This document shows positions 1-11,235 of a stretch of DNA of 64,000 bases, one piece after another (position 1 is the stretch's first letter; each line of letters opens with the position of its first letter). The notes beneath the pieces were generated by a model that ran no database searches, was not told the DNA's origin, and saw nothing but the letters and a program-made list of their open reading frames with translations. Source of the DNA: Podarcis erhardii (lineage: Eukaryota); NCBI GenBank assembly GCA_964252035.1, contig OZ176208.1; one strand, 5' to 3'. The position numbers were made by a program, and so were the translations under genes.

Positions 1-974
1 TGAAGAAGATCACTGGTTTGGAAACTCTTCAGAAACCCCATCAGAAGCATCCTATGGAGAAGTCCAGGAGAACTTCAAATTATCCTTTGAGGATAGGATC
101 CAAGAACAGTCCACATCTCCAGACACTTCCCTGGGGAGTGCAACTCCTAGCAGCAACACCCTGGAGCTAGCAGCTGTTGAAAATGAGGCTCTGAGGGACG
201 TGTTACAGAATAAAGAACACCTTTCCCCCGGTGTGTCTTCTGCATGTGAAGATGACACTCCTGGCCCCAATAAGCCACTGAGTAGTAACCTGAGACGTCT
301 GCTGGAGGCTGGTTCTCTCAAGCTAGACACTAGTGTTGCAGTTAACGGCAGGGTTGAGTCCCCTGTAAATCTTGGCTCAAACATCTCCTTTTCTCCACCT
401 ACGCATCATGCTCAGCAGCTAAGTGTCCTTGCTAGAAAGCTGGCTGAAAAACAGGAACATAATGACCAATATGGCGCCAACAACCAGTTTATATGGAATC
501 AAGGCAAGTGGCTGCCCAACTCGGCGCCATCTTGCGGTTTGTCTCCGGACTCAGCCATCCTAAAGTTGAAAGCAGCTGCTAATGCAGTCCTTCAGGACAA
601 GTCGCTTTCTCGAACTGAAGATCCTATCAGGTTTGAAACCTTTTCTTCGCCATTTAGTTCCCAGTCTGCAAGCTCCACCTTAGCCGCGCTATCAAAGAAA
701 GTCAGTGAGAGAAGCATGACTCCTGGTCAGGACCACCCACCGCCAGCTAGCTCTTTTCTTTCTCTCGCCTCAATGACTTCTTCAGCAGCCCTTCTCAAGG
801 AGGTCGCTGCAAGAGCTGCAGGCAGTCTTTTGGCTGAGAAGAAAAAGTCACTGGTTGCAGAAGATCCCCTGCAGCTTTCGGATATGAAGCAAGAGAAAGT
901 AACTCCACCGCAGTCTTTGGAATTATTGTTACTCCCAGCCCCTAAAGGAAGAAGTTCTAAAACCTCTAATCCAG
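1..974 (+). CDS. ZNF827: ZNF827 large N-terminal coding exon (exon 2 by analogy), 5' end outside window
   Basis: Frame from nt 2 reads EEDHWFGNSSETPSEASYGEVQENFKLSFEDRIQEQSTSPDT...LSSNLRRLLEAGSLKLD...SLELLLLPAPKGRSSKTSNP, matching vertebrate ZNF827 as recalled. Donor CCAG|GTATGA at 974/975, phase 1. Confidence 0.96.
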
Positions 975-1430
975 GTATGAGCTGTCATTCTGCTGAGAGT
1001 TAAAGCATCGTACGCATTTTCAGTTCTGCATTGTTTCAGTGCATTAAGGAAACACAATGAAGCAGAAGGCAGTTAAAATAATGTATGTGACGGATCAGAG
1101 TCCTTAGCCTCCTGCGTGTTTGAAAGGAAACTGGTGTTTAATACAGTTCTCTCTGAAATCTGGGCTCATTATCCAAACCAAATTTAAAATAGTTTTAAAA
1201 ACATTTTTAGGGGAGGAGATAAAAGAGTTCTTGTTAGATAGCACATATCAGTGAATGTGTGATTTTTTTTACATAAAAGAGGCTAGGATGCATTTTAATA
1301 GCAGCCAAATGCCATACGACATCTCCCTCACCTTGTCAGCTTCTCATCCTGTTCAGTTGTTTGTGTATAGTAAATAGAAAAGCAAGGTTCCTCCAGCCAT
1401 GGAAGGGAGCGTGCTTGCATACACTTTAGG

Positions 1431-1570
1431 TCAAGGATGGGGGAACCTGTGACCCTCCAGATGTTGCTGAACCAACTTCCATCAGCCCCAACCAGCATGG
1501 TCAGTGTTTAGGGATAATGGGAGTTGTACGTCTCACAACATCTGGATGGCTTCAGGTTCTCCACCTTTCC
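1431..1570. mobile_element. Short palindromic MITE-like repeat, common squamate family
   Basis: Imperfect inverted ends (ggggaacctgtg..ccctccagatgttg / caacatctgga..caggttctcc). Related copies or fragments at about 8570-8640, 9640-9700, 41712-41820 and 58350-58476. Confidence 0.65.
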
Positions 1571-2789
1571 TTTAGGCTCTTTTCACAGCTTCAGATGAAT
1601 GTATGTTTGTCAGGCATAAGGTGCCATCTCCCTTCTTGATGAAACAAGGATTCCAAATGGCTGAACAGGGTTACAGCCTATTTGCAAAGCAAGGGGTTTA
1701 AAGCCTGTATAGGTTGTTCTCTTCTTCCTTTGAGGACGGAGTGCCTGCAGGTGCTACAAATGCTACAAAAATCACATTTAACTGTTACAAATGAGGTTAA
1801 CCATATCACTAGGCAGAAGAAAATGAACAGGTTTTTCCTAATTATGCTCCATAGAATCTATCTATCCTTATTTTTATCACTTTACTGCTTTAGTCCGAAA
1901 GGGCAGAATTCAGTTGTTTGCCCGAAGATACTTCTGTTAGCAAAAAACAGATAAACATTTTAAATCATAGATGATAATTAATGAGATATATATGAATTCT
2001 AATTTATTCTTTAGTATACGCATCCCATATTTTTGTTTCCATGGAAATATTGTTGTAGTTCAAAGAAAATTAACATTTAATCATTTAATATTGTTAGCAT
2101 GCTTTTTAAAAAACAAAAACAAAGAAAACTTATAAGTAACCATGACTTTTTGGAGTAGCAAGCAGCAATGCTCAATGAGAGCAGTGGAACTAGATTGCCA
2201 CAGGCTTTCAGATCCTGGGTAAACTTTGCAGAGAACATTCATGACACTGTAGAGAACATGGTCTAGTGGCTTGTAGTAAAGTTTGATTCTCCACCAAGCC
2301 TAGACTAGTCAGTAGAGTAATAATAATGATAATATTTAATAAAACCATCCAAATGGAGTACCATCCATAGCATGCAATGAATGTTCATTACATAGGTTTT
2401 AGTATTTTTAAGCTGATCTGCATCTCCCCAAACAGAAAAGTGGGGTAAAAATAATAAAACCAAATCAAAATTTGTGGGGAACAAGTAAAAAAAGAGAAAC
2501 AAACAAAATATAACTTGCTGGGTGGCAATGGGAGACTTCTAGGCCCACTAACATAACTTCAAGAGTCAAGATAGCTTTTGAGCCTCTCCAAGAGAACCCA
2601 TTTTCCTTTGTATAAGTCCATGTTTTCCGGAATCTCAGGTCCAGTTGTTACATTCTTAAGGTCACACACAGCCTGTTGTGTATTAACAGGCCATTTATGA
2701 AGCTCTAGGTAAAAATCAAATAAGTTTACAATACATATTTTTGGTGTTGCTTTGGAAACATCTTACACAGACTTGACTGTTTTTTGGAC

Positions 2790-2960
2790 ACTTAATAGGA
2801 GCCTAATGGCCTGCTGGATCAGGCCAATGGCCCATCTACTCCAGCATCCTGTTCCTCCAGGGGCTAGCCGCGTGCAAGCAGGACCTGAGCACAAGCAGGA
2901 CCTGAGCACAAGGGCATTCTCCCCTCCTGCCATTTCCAGCAACTGATCTTCAGAAGTATT
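2790..2960 (-). mobile_element. CR1 LINE 3' fragment
   Basis: gcctgctggatcaggccaatggcccatcta..ccagcatcctgttc motif, the reverse complement of a squamate CR1 3' end as recalled. Related pieces at about 36722-36790 (-) and 54290-54373 (+). Confidence 0.6.
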
Positions 2961-3689
2961 ACTTTGCTTCTTTGTTTGACTCGAAAATAGTTAACTAGAT
3001 GATAATCAGACGAATAATAATCCTTTACCTTTTTCTTCTTTGTTTTTAAAGAGGAGTTGGGCTGTTTTTTAGGCACATGGTACTCTGCAGTGTTTGTCAC
3101 TGCTGCAAAAATGGTACCGCTTGCAGAAAGAGGTCACCGTTAATACATGTTTTGGGAAGAAGAAAATTTTGAGCAATTGAGCTGAGTGTAGAAACTGAGT
3201 ATAATCGCAGTGGAAATAAATCTCATGCATTCCTTTGATTCTTTTCATAACCATAGTTTTATGGCATTCTGTATATTTATGGCATACACAGTATATTTCA
3301 TTTTTTGAAGCTTTGTTATTTTTGTAGACCTCCTGCTCATATAGCCATGAGTCCTGTCCAGTTGCCATTAAGATAAATGTGATTTCCCTCAAGGATTATA
3401 TCGGCAGCATTTCTCATTTACTATATGGCCGGGTAAAGAATGGCTCAAACAGATTAAGAATTTGCTTCTTTTCATCACCATTGGCATTTACAGTCTGATG
3501 GTTGCAGAATCCCGAAGAAGCAGCAAGAGAGGAAACGTCACTCACACTTCCTCTCCCTCTGCTTCCATGTCTGTGGAATAGATACTGAGTCAGATACAGG
3601 AACATGGTTCAGCACTATTGAACCATCAGCACAGCCAGATATGGTATTGTTCTAATAGGGTATCATTATAATTATTTCATTTATGCATT

Positions 3690-5020
3690 GCTACACATAA
3701 AGTATCCCAAAGGGATTTACAATTCTATAAAACAATTTAAACAATTGCATATATAAAAACAATTTTATAAAATCACAAGTATCTATATAAAGCAGTTTAA
3801 AAGAACAACATAAATAAAATCAATTCAAATCCAATACAGAGGCTAACTGGAATGAAGATCTCCACTTAGAAGGCTTGTTGAAAGGAGAATGCCTTCAATA
3901 GGTGCCAAAAGGAAAATAGTGAAGGCACCTGCCTGAAATGTAACGGGAGGAAGTTCCAAAGGGCACACTAAAAACCCAATTCCAACATTGTGCAAGGTGG
4001 ACCTCATGGTAGGATGACAACAACAGCAACAATTTGATTATTTATATTCTGCCCATCCGACTGGGCCATCCGCTGAAAGCTGCCTTCAAATGTCTTCTAA
4101 GATGTCTTCATATAGTTGCTTATCCGTTTGACATTTGATGAAAGGGCGTTCCACAGGGCGGGCACAGCTACTGAGAAGGCCTTCTGCCTAGTATCCATAG
4201 GATGCCCTCTGCTGAAGAATGCAGTGGTCGGTTGGGCATGTAGGGGGTGAGATGATCTTTTAGATATCCTTGTCTTAAGCAAAACAAAACAAATTCCTTC
4301 CAGTAGCACCTTAAAGACCAACTAAGTCAGTTCTTGGTATGAGCTTTCGTGTGCATGCACACTTCTTCACACATCTGAAGAAGTGTGCATGCACACGAAA
4401 GCTCATACCAAGAACTGACTTAGTTGGTCTTTAAGGTGCTACTGGAAGGAATTTGTTTTGTTTTGACTATGGCAGACCAACACGGCTACCTATCTGTAAC
4501 TTGTCTTAAGCTTTATCGTTAAGCAGACTGAGCTTGAATCCTGGCAAGGTGGAGGCACAATGGGCAAACGCTTCCTGTGTCTGAGAAAGTGATTAATTGC
4601 CTGCACCAATAGGGTTTTAAGGCCTCCTGAAGGAGCAGGGATGCAGTCTGAGGTGCTTCTGGATCCAGCTTTGTCACTAGAGGTCCAGGTAGCCTCAAGG
4701 GCTAGTATTACCTTTTACCAGTTGTGATTAGTGTGACAGCTGCAACTATTCCTGGACTGGGAGAGCTTGACCACAGTAGTCCAAGCAGGTTGGATTACTA
4801 CAACACATTCTTAGCACCTACACTTTGCAGCTCCCTGCCTGTTGACATTAGGCAGGTGCCTCTGCTTGTACCCTTTCCAGCGCCTGCTTAAAATGTTTGT
4901 ATCCAGATATGTAGATGTTAATGTGTTTTCATCTGCCTTTAATTGTCTGTTATGGATAATTTTAATGGGTTGTGAGGTTTTTGTAAACTGGTTTGAGGTT
5001 TTATTGCAATCAAATAGTAT
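3690..5020. mobile_element. Cluster of degraded L2 LINE 3' fragments, interrupted by a Penelope-like insertion
   Basis: Minus-strand translation KAFSVAVPALWNALSSNVK (4097-4321) is typical of the L2 RT C-terminus. A plus-strand ggttggattactacaac (LDY-N motif) fragment lies near 4790. Confidence 0.7.
4281..4500. mobile_element. Penelope-like element remnant with perfect 89-bp inverted repeat and minimal hammerhead core
   Basis: Arms 4281-4369 and 4376-4464 are exact reverse complements. TSD TTGTCTTAAGC at 4270-4280 and 4501-4511. CTGAAGA-A-GTGTGCATGCACAC-GAAAGCTC at 4375-4404. Confidence 0.75.
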
Positions 5021-6696
5021 GTAAATATGGACTGGGAAGCAAGGGAATGGAGAAAGTGGAGTTCACCGAAACTTTTGTGTTGAAAGGGTAGCAGTCATTT
5101 GGAAAATTCATGTAAGTACGTATATCTGGTAGATCAGTAACTATACCATGTAAAGCTGCCGCATTGTAGTTGTTGTTTATTAGATTTCTTGCCCTTTACC
5201 AAAAAGTCCTGGGGAGATTTGCAACCATGTAAAAATGCAGTATTGAAATGGACAAAACAATCAGTAGACTGTTCAGTAGAATTCTGTTTTAAAATATTGA
5301 AAAGATTCCATCGTTTAAAATATGGAAGGCAGGGTTTCAATGCTTTCTGTTGTAGCTTTTCTGTTTCTCATCTCCCCCACCTAACCCAAGTTGCAGAATA
5401 AATTAAATAAGGAAGCAGATTTGCATGTATTTCCTTAATTTGCATCACTTATGCAGGTTACTGATTTCACCTGTTTCAGCACAGGACACTTGAGTGCTGT
5501 ATTTAATTATTTATTTTCTGAAACAGATTCAGAGTACACATGAACAATCCAGTAGGGCTCTAGCAAAGTCAGCTGAATTATATCTTTACAAGAAAGTCTG
5601 CAGCAGGAAATGACAAGTTCATGCAGGTTTTATCTCTGCATTCCAAGTCATAGAAAGTATTGACATTTGAGTTCTCAAAGATGAAAAACAGCTGATGAAT
5701 ACATTAGGGAGTGAGCTGTAATATTCTGGACATAATTCCTAAATATCACAAGAAAAACGGCACTGACTTTTGCAGTTTTGAAAATAATCAGATATCCTTT
5801 CGGCAGTCACAGAAATATCTCCTGTTTCCAAGGTAACACTGTAAACTTTCTCATAACAGGACTAGGAATTTGCAGTGTAATGTCAGATGGTTGATTATGT
5901 CAACTCAGTGGGCAGAATCCTCTCTTCCTCTTAGCATTTTTAACAAGTTGCAAAATCTTTACCTTGTCTTGATAGCACCCACTATCAGTAATGACTGATG
6001 GCCACATTTATAAAAGAAGCACTTAATTTTTGAGGTGCTGGGACATAAGCCTGTTTATAAATTATATCTTTTGACTCAGTGGCCTGATTCAGACTGTTTA
6101 TGACAAACAGTGGTTTCTTTTTATAAGAATGAACAAATGTGAGCCTTGGACTGACTCGCTCCTCCTTTAAATTGTGAGGGGAGGAAATTTAAAGCTTCCA
6201 GTCATGGCTTGTAACAAACCACAGTTTCCCATTTACTCCGCTTGCATGTAAAGGAAGAGGAAAGGAAATGAGCAGTGTGTGAGTCCAAGTCTCGTACTTG
6301 CTCATTCTTCTAACAACAAGCCATTGTCCGTTGGGCTCATCTTTTAACATTATGCATAAGTAGTGGCTTTGTGGTTGATTGCTCTGTATATGTTCAAATG
6401 CGCTTTTCTCTCTAGCTTAACCAGCAGGGGTGAAGAGCAGCATTCAGATATAATATATGATACTTAAAAGAAAAAGAAAAAAGGATTCCAGGGATTAATA
6501 TGGGGGAGTTGTAATGAAATGCTAAAGTGAATTCTTGATGCAAAAGTCAAGTCTTCTATGAAAAGTCTTGTGACTATTCAAGCATAGCCGTGGTCCCTTA
6601 GGTGAGGACCAGCTTGAAGAATAAGTCAATTGTTTTATATCTAAGTAGAATATGTATGGTCCTTTACTTCCCCTGGAAGGAATCTTCTTTGGCTCC

Positions 6697-7087
6697 CAGT
6701 ACGTTTCCGAGCACAATTCAAAGTGTTGGTGCTGACCTTTAAATCCCTAAACAGCCTCGGTCCTGTATACCTGAAGGAGCGTCTCCACCCCCATCGTTCA
6801 GCCCAGACACTGAGATCCAGCGCCGAGGGCCTTCTGGCGGTTCCCTCATTGCGAGAAGTGAGGTTACAGAGGGCCTTCTCGATGGTGGCGGCCACCTTGT
6901 GAAACGCCCTCCCTTCAGATGTGAAGGAAATAAGCAGCTATCTTCTTTTTAAAAGACATCTGAAGGCAGCCTTGTTTAGAGAAGTTTTTAATATTTAATG
7001 CTGTATTGTTTTTAACACTTGATTGGAAGCTGCCCAGAGTGGCTGGGGAAACTCAGCCAGATGGGCGGGGTATAAATAATAAATTAT
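6697..7087 (+). mobile_element. L2 LINE 3' end
   Basis: cagtacgtttccgagcacaattcaaagtgttggtgctgacctttaaa...gggcggggtataaataataaattatt, matching RT C-terminus (FKVLVLTFK) plus 3' UTR and tail of lizard L2. Confidence 0.8.
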
Positions 7088-7101
7088 TTCTTCTTCTTCT
7101 T

Positions 7102-7131
<30 letters not shown>
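7088..7131. repeat. (TTC)n microsatellite at the L2 tail
   Basis: About 14 perfect TTC units seen directly. Confidence 0.95.
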
Positions 7132-7132
<1 letters not shown>

Positions 7133-7957
7133 TTCCGACCAAAAGATTCCTTCAACCAAATGCAGAAACACCTTTAGTTCCATCCCTCATATGTCCATGA
7201 GAAAGGAGCAGCAGTTTGGGAAGGGAATTAGCCATAGAAGTTGTACTGAAATCAATGGTTTTTAATTTATTTATCTGGTTGCTCACAATGAAAGCAGATT
7301 CTAGGGCTCAAATTAAGCTCTAGACATAATGTGTAGGTAAAACTGAGTAATGAATTAAATAATGACCTCAGAGTTGCCTCTGAATCCTGAAGTGGCATCA
7401 GTGGTCTTCTTGAGCCAGAATGAAATTGCGCATCAGCAGGGGCTCTAAAATCTCTCAGCATCAGTATTGCAAATGCAGTATGTCATGCTCAGTATTGCTT
7501 TCATTCAGGAGGTGTGGATTACTGTGTAATTTAATCACTTCCCTTTTCTTTGAATACTTCAGTGAAAGAAAGTGAAAGAAAGAAAGAGCCGAGTACTTTC
7601 TCTGTATTACATAGGTCAAAAGCAAAAAAAAAAATTAGCTGCAGGATTATATTCACGAGGCTAGGTAAAGCACAGTAGCATCCTCTGCTGGTTGACCAAA
7701 GTATGATTGGGACACTTGTCCTCTATTGCCAGCATCACTTTCATTGGACCCATAGGATCCCCATTCCAGGGAAATGATTATTCAACGTTCTAAAAGTTCT
7801 GTACCCAGAGATGAATGAAACCATTAAGGAAAAGCATCCAAGAGGTATTTCCACAGGAGAGAGATACAATTTGCAAAACTGTATTTAGATAGAGGCAGAG
7901 ACGTTCACTACAATTTAATGATGTTTTCTTTCTTTTTTTATTGCTCCTTATCCTAAG

Positions 7958-8130
7958 CCTCAGAAGAAGAAGGTGGGAAACCTTTCCAATGTCCGATCTG
8001 TGGCCTAGTGATAAAAAGGAAGAGCTACTGGAAGCGACACATGGTTATACATACAGGCTTAAAAAGCCATCAATGCCCTTTGTGTCCATTTCGCTGTGCA
8101 CGCAAGGACAATCTAAAATCGCACATGAAG
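7958..8130 (+). CDS. ZNF827: ZNF827 exon 3, C2H2 zinc fingers 1-2
   Basis: Polypyrimidine tract plus CCTAAG| acceptor. Encodes (A)SEEEGGKPFQCPICGLVIKRKSYWKRHMVIHTGLKSHQCPLCPFRCARKDNLKSHMK. Donor AAG|GTAAGG. 173 nt, phase 1 to 0. Missed by the ORF track, which gives another frame. Confidence 0.97.
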
Positions 8131-8799
8131 GTAAGGTCAGTGGATACTAGTAATTGAAGAAATCCAGTCTATGAGGTCATTGCAGTTTTTAAAAACCCAC
8201 TCGCTATAAAATCCAGCATGGTGGTGGGGTTTTTTTGGTTTTTTTTCTAGTGCCATTTTAATGGATTCATTTTCTCAAGCATAGGGGTTGGGCAGGGAAA
8301 GCAGTAGCCTTCTTGCTATCTATAACAAATACTTGCCAACGTTTGGCCACCATCCAGGAAACCCATTTGCTTGCATGCAAGGGATTGTATACATGCAGCT
8401 AAGCTTTGCAATAATTTTTCAGAGAGGTCCCCTGTGAGATGTTTGTGCCTAAACGAACACAAAATATCAGTCTGTGCCAAGCTTTTCTTGATAAGAGCCT
8501 TGGTCTAGTACATACAGCTACACATCACTTATAACATTATAAGGGCGAAAATGTAATTATCCATGAGATGGGAAACCCATGGCCTTCCAAATGCTGTTGG
8601 ATTCCAACCTCTATGAGCCCAGCCAGAAGGGCCAATAGACAGCCCATCAAAGAGTCAGATTTATTTGCTAAAAACCATTGATCATCACACTACAGTCAAG
8701 TTGAGAGATACATTTTTAACATAGATCAACTCCAGCACGTTGGACCCCGTTTTGTGTGACAAATTTTTGTCTGATCCATTGAGCCACTAGAATAAACAT

Positions 8800-8945
8800 A
8801 GAAACTTTATGTAGAGTCATGGAATTGTAGAGTTGGAAGGGCCCACAAGGGTCATTCAGTCCAATGCAGGAATCTTTCACCCAACATGGTGCTCAAACAC
8901 ATTACCCTGAGATTTAAAAGCCTCATTCTCTACTGACTGAGCTCA
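8800..8945 (-). mobile_element. tRNA-derived SINE with CR1-type tail
   Basis: Reverse strand reads agctcagtcagtagagaatgaggc..aatctcagggt.. (tRNA-like head) followed by ..cccttccaactctacaattccatgactcta (CR1 tail). Confidence 0.6.
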
Positions 8946-9106
8946 GATTATCCCTATCAATCAGTAAATAACCAATCCCCCCTACTGTTTAAAAAAGGAA
9001 AGTGTCTGAAGAATCTCTTTCAAAAACCTGTCCTTAGGGAAATTATAGTGGAACAATATAATACTTAGTGATATCTCCCTTATACATAAACAACAATTTA
9101 CAGATA

Positions 9107-9350
9107 CAGTAGTACCTCGGGTTACATACACTTCAGGTTACATACACTTCAGGTTACACACTCCACTAACCCAGAAATAGTACCTCGGGTTAAGAACTTT
9201 GCTTCAGGATGAGAACAGAAATCGCGCAGCAGCAGTGGCGCGGCTGCAGCGGGAGACCCCATTAGCTAAAGTGGTGCTCATGTTAAGATCAGTTTCAGGT
9301 TAAGAACGGACCTCTGGAACGAATTAAGTATGTAACCAGAGGTACCACTG
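9107..9350. mobile_element. Tc1/mariner (Tigger-like) MITE
   Basis: TA|CAGTAGTACCTCGGGTTAC ... GTAACCAGAGGTACCACTG|TA terminal inverted repeats and TA target duplication. Confidence 0.85.
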
Positions 9351-10223
9351 TATTCTAACTTATCTCCCCTCTAAATATACTGTGGACATAGTTTGGAATC
9401 TTAGTGCAGTTAATGCTTTCTCAATTGCAGCAACAGATAATTCAGAGAAGTAATCTGGAAGATGATGATCAGATTAAAAACAACAACAAAATGATGAAAA
9501 TTGCATAGCTTGAAGATGACATGTAGTTAATAAAAGATCCCACTCTCTAAATTTGTTTTTAATAGTGTTTTGCAACTATAGGAATAGAAACCTTAAGGAT
9601 CTCAGGAATCCATCCATATTTGGATATAAATATGATGTTCAGGGATGGTGGGAGTTGTAGTCCAACAACATCTGATGGGCCACAGGTTTCCCATCCCTGA
9701 ATATAGTGCCAAGTACAGAGCAGGTATGATGAAGGTGCATCATTGCAAAGATGCCTGTAATACAAGGCATAGATTAACTAAACTGCTATCAGAAACCCAA
9801 ATATGTAAGGCATGTTCTACATGTGAAGGCCTAAGATTTCAGTATCTCCATGCATTCTCCCTTTGGGTATGTGAGTGTAGGTAGGTGTGTGTGTGTGTGT
9901 GTGTGTGTGTATGATGTCCAATTGTGGTTGTGATTTATTAAACCATGAACAAGCAATCAGTTTGCAGTTATGAACTTTGCAAACCATTTCAAATGCAGTT
10001 AGCTACCTAGTGGCCAGAGCAGATGTTGCATTGGCATGGATTGGCAAAGATGCCAGCCCTGCTGTGTTCCTCCTCCTCCTCCTCCATCAACATGATTTAG
10101 ATGCTGGCTGCCATCAACTGGAAAGGCAGCAGCAATAGAACTCATGAACTGGGGATACAGATACACTAAAGTCAATGGAATTTATTCACAAGTAAACGTG
10201 ACCAAGGATGGAGTTCTTAGAGT

Positions 10224-10341
10224 TTTATACACTGTAGGGAATAAAGGCTAGGTCATAAGGACTGATTCCTTGGAACTCACTCTCTCTCTTTCCAGTGAAT
10301 CAGTCCTTATGACCTAGTCTTTATTCCCCACAGTGTGTAAA
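10224..10341. repeat. 45-bp near-perfect inverted repeat (foldback), family unknown
   Basis: Arms 10224-10268 and 10297-10341 differ at 3 of 45 positions; the inner 21 bp are perfect. Confidence 0.85.
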
Positions 10342-10763
10342 CACACACACAAACACACACTTATATACACACAGAGATAGATAGATAGATATAGATATAT
10401 TACAGGACATAATTGCTTTTGGAACTAATCTGAGAAGCAATGTGCTTTGCAGCTTGCTCTTGAATAATTCTGTGACTTTTAACCCGTGACCTCTGAACAA
10501 AGATGTGTACTGTGAAATATTCATCATTAAATTGTCACATATAGACAGGAGAGTCAATCTCAGCTCATCATGCTGACCTCCTTTGTTAAGGTCTTTTGAG
10601 ATGTGCAAATAAAATGTACTGAGCTCTATAAGCACTAAGGAGGCAGGAAGGCAGCCAGTAGGAGATATGCACAGTATTGGTCTGAAATAAGTTTCTGCTA
10701 TTTGTCTGAGAGATGTTGTTGCTGTTGTTGTCACTGTTACTTAATCATCAACCGCTTAATCAG

Positions 10764-11235
10764 GTTCACCAACATCAAGACCGGGGAGAGACATTTCAGT
10801 GCCAGCTATGCCCATTTACCTCCTCTCGCCACTTCAGCCTCAAACTCCACATGCGCTGCCACCAGCACTTCCTGAGGACAGAAGCCAAAGTGAAGGAAGA
10901 GATCCCAGAAATGGATGTCAAGGGGTCGCCATTGCTAAGTGACAACTCCAGAATGGGGCAGCAGATGGATGGGGCAACAGACCACGCAGGGACTGCGGCC
11001 ACCTCTAAAACTCCTGAGGTGGCTGGATCTACTGTCCCACCTCTGCTAATAAAAGAAGAGCCCAAAGATGACAGCAGCACCTCCACCCCAACCTTCGCTC
11101 TCAGTGTTGTTGACAGAATCACCAACAACACAAAGCTAAAAGACTCCATTGACTTTGTGACCAATACAGCGTCAGCACTTTTCAGCCAGGACATCTCTGT
11201 CAAGATGGCATCAGATTTTCTCATGAAGCTCTCAG
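10764..11235 (+). CDS. ZNF827: ZNF827 exon 4, zinc finger 3 plus first KEE/QDISVKMAS repeat
   Basis: Acceptor TAATCAG|. Encodes VHQHQDRGETFQCQLCPFTSSRHFSLKLHMRCH...VKEE...IKEEP...LFSQDISVKMASDFLMKLS. Donor TCAG|GTAAGG. 472 nt, phase 0 to 1. Confidence 0.97.

Noticed and set aside
975-1003. Read-through of exon 2 to a stop (GMSCHSAES*)
   Set aside because: This is intron sequence after a good donor; no evidence for an alternative terminal exon.
2875-2912. 17-bp tandem duplication caagcaggacctgagca x2
   Set aside because: Local slippage inside a dead CR1 fragment.
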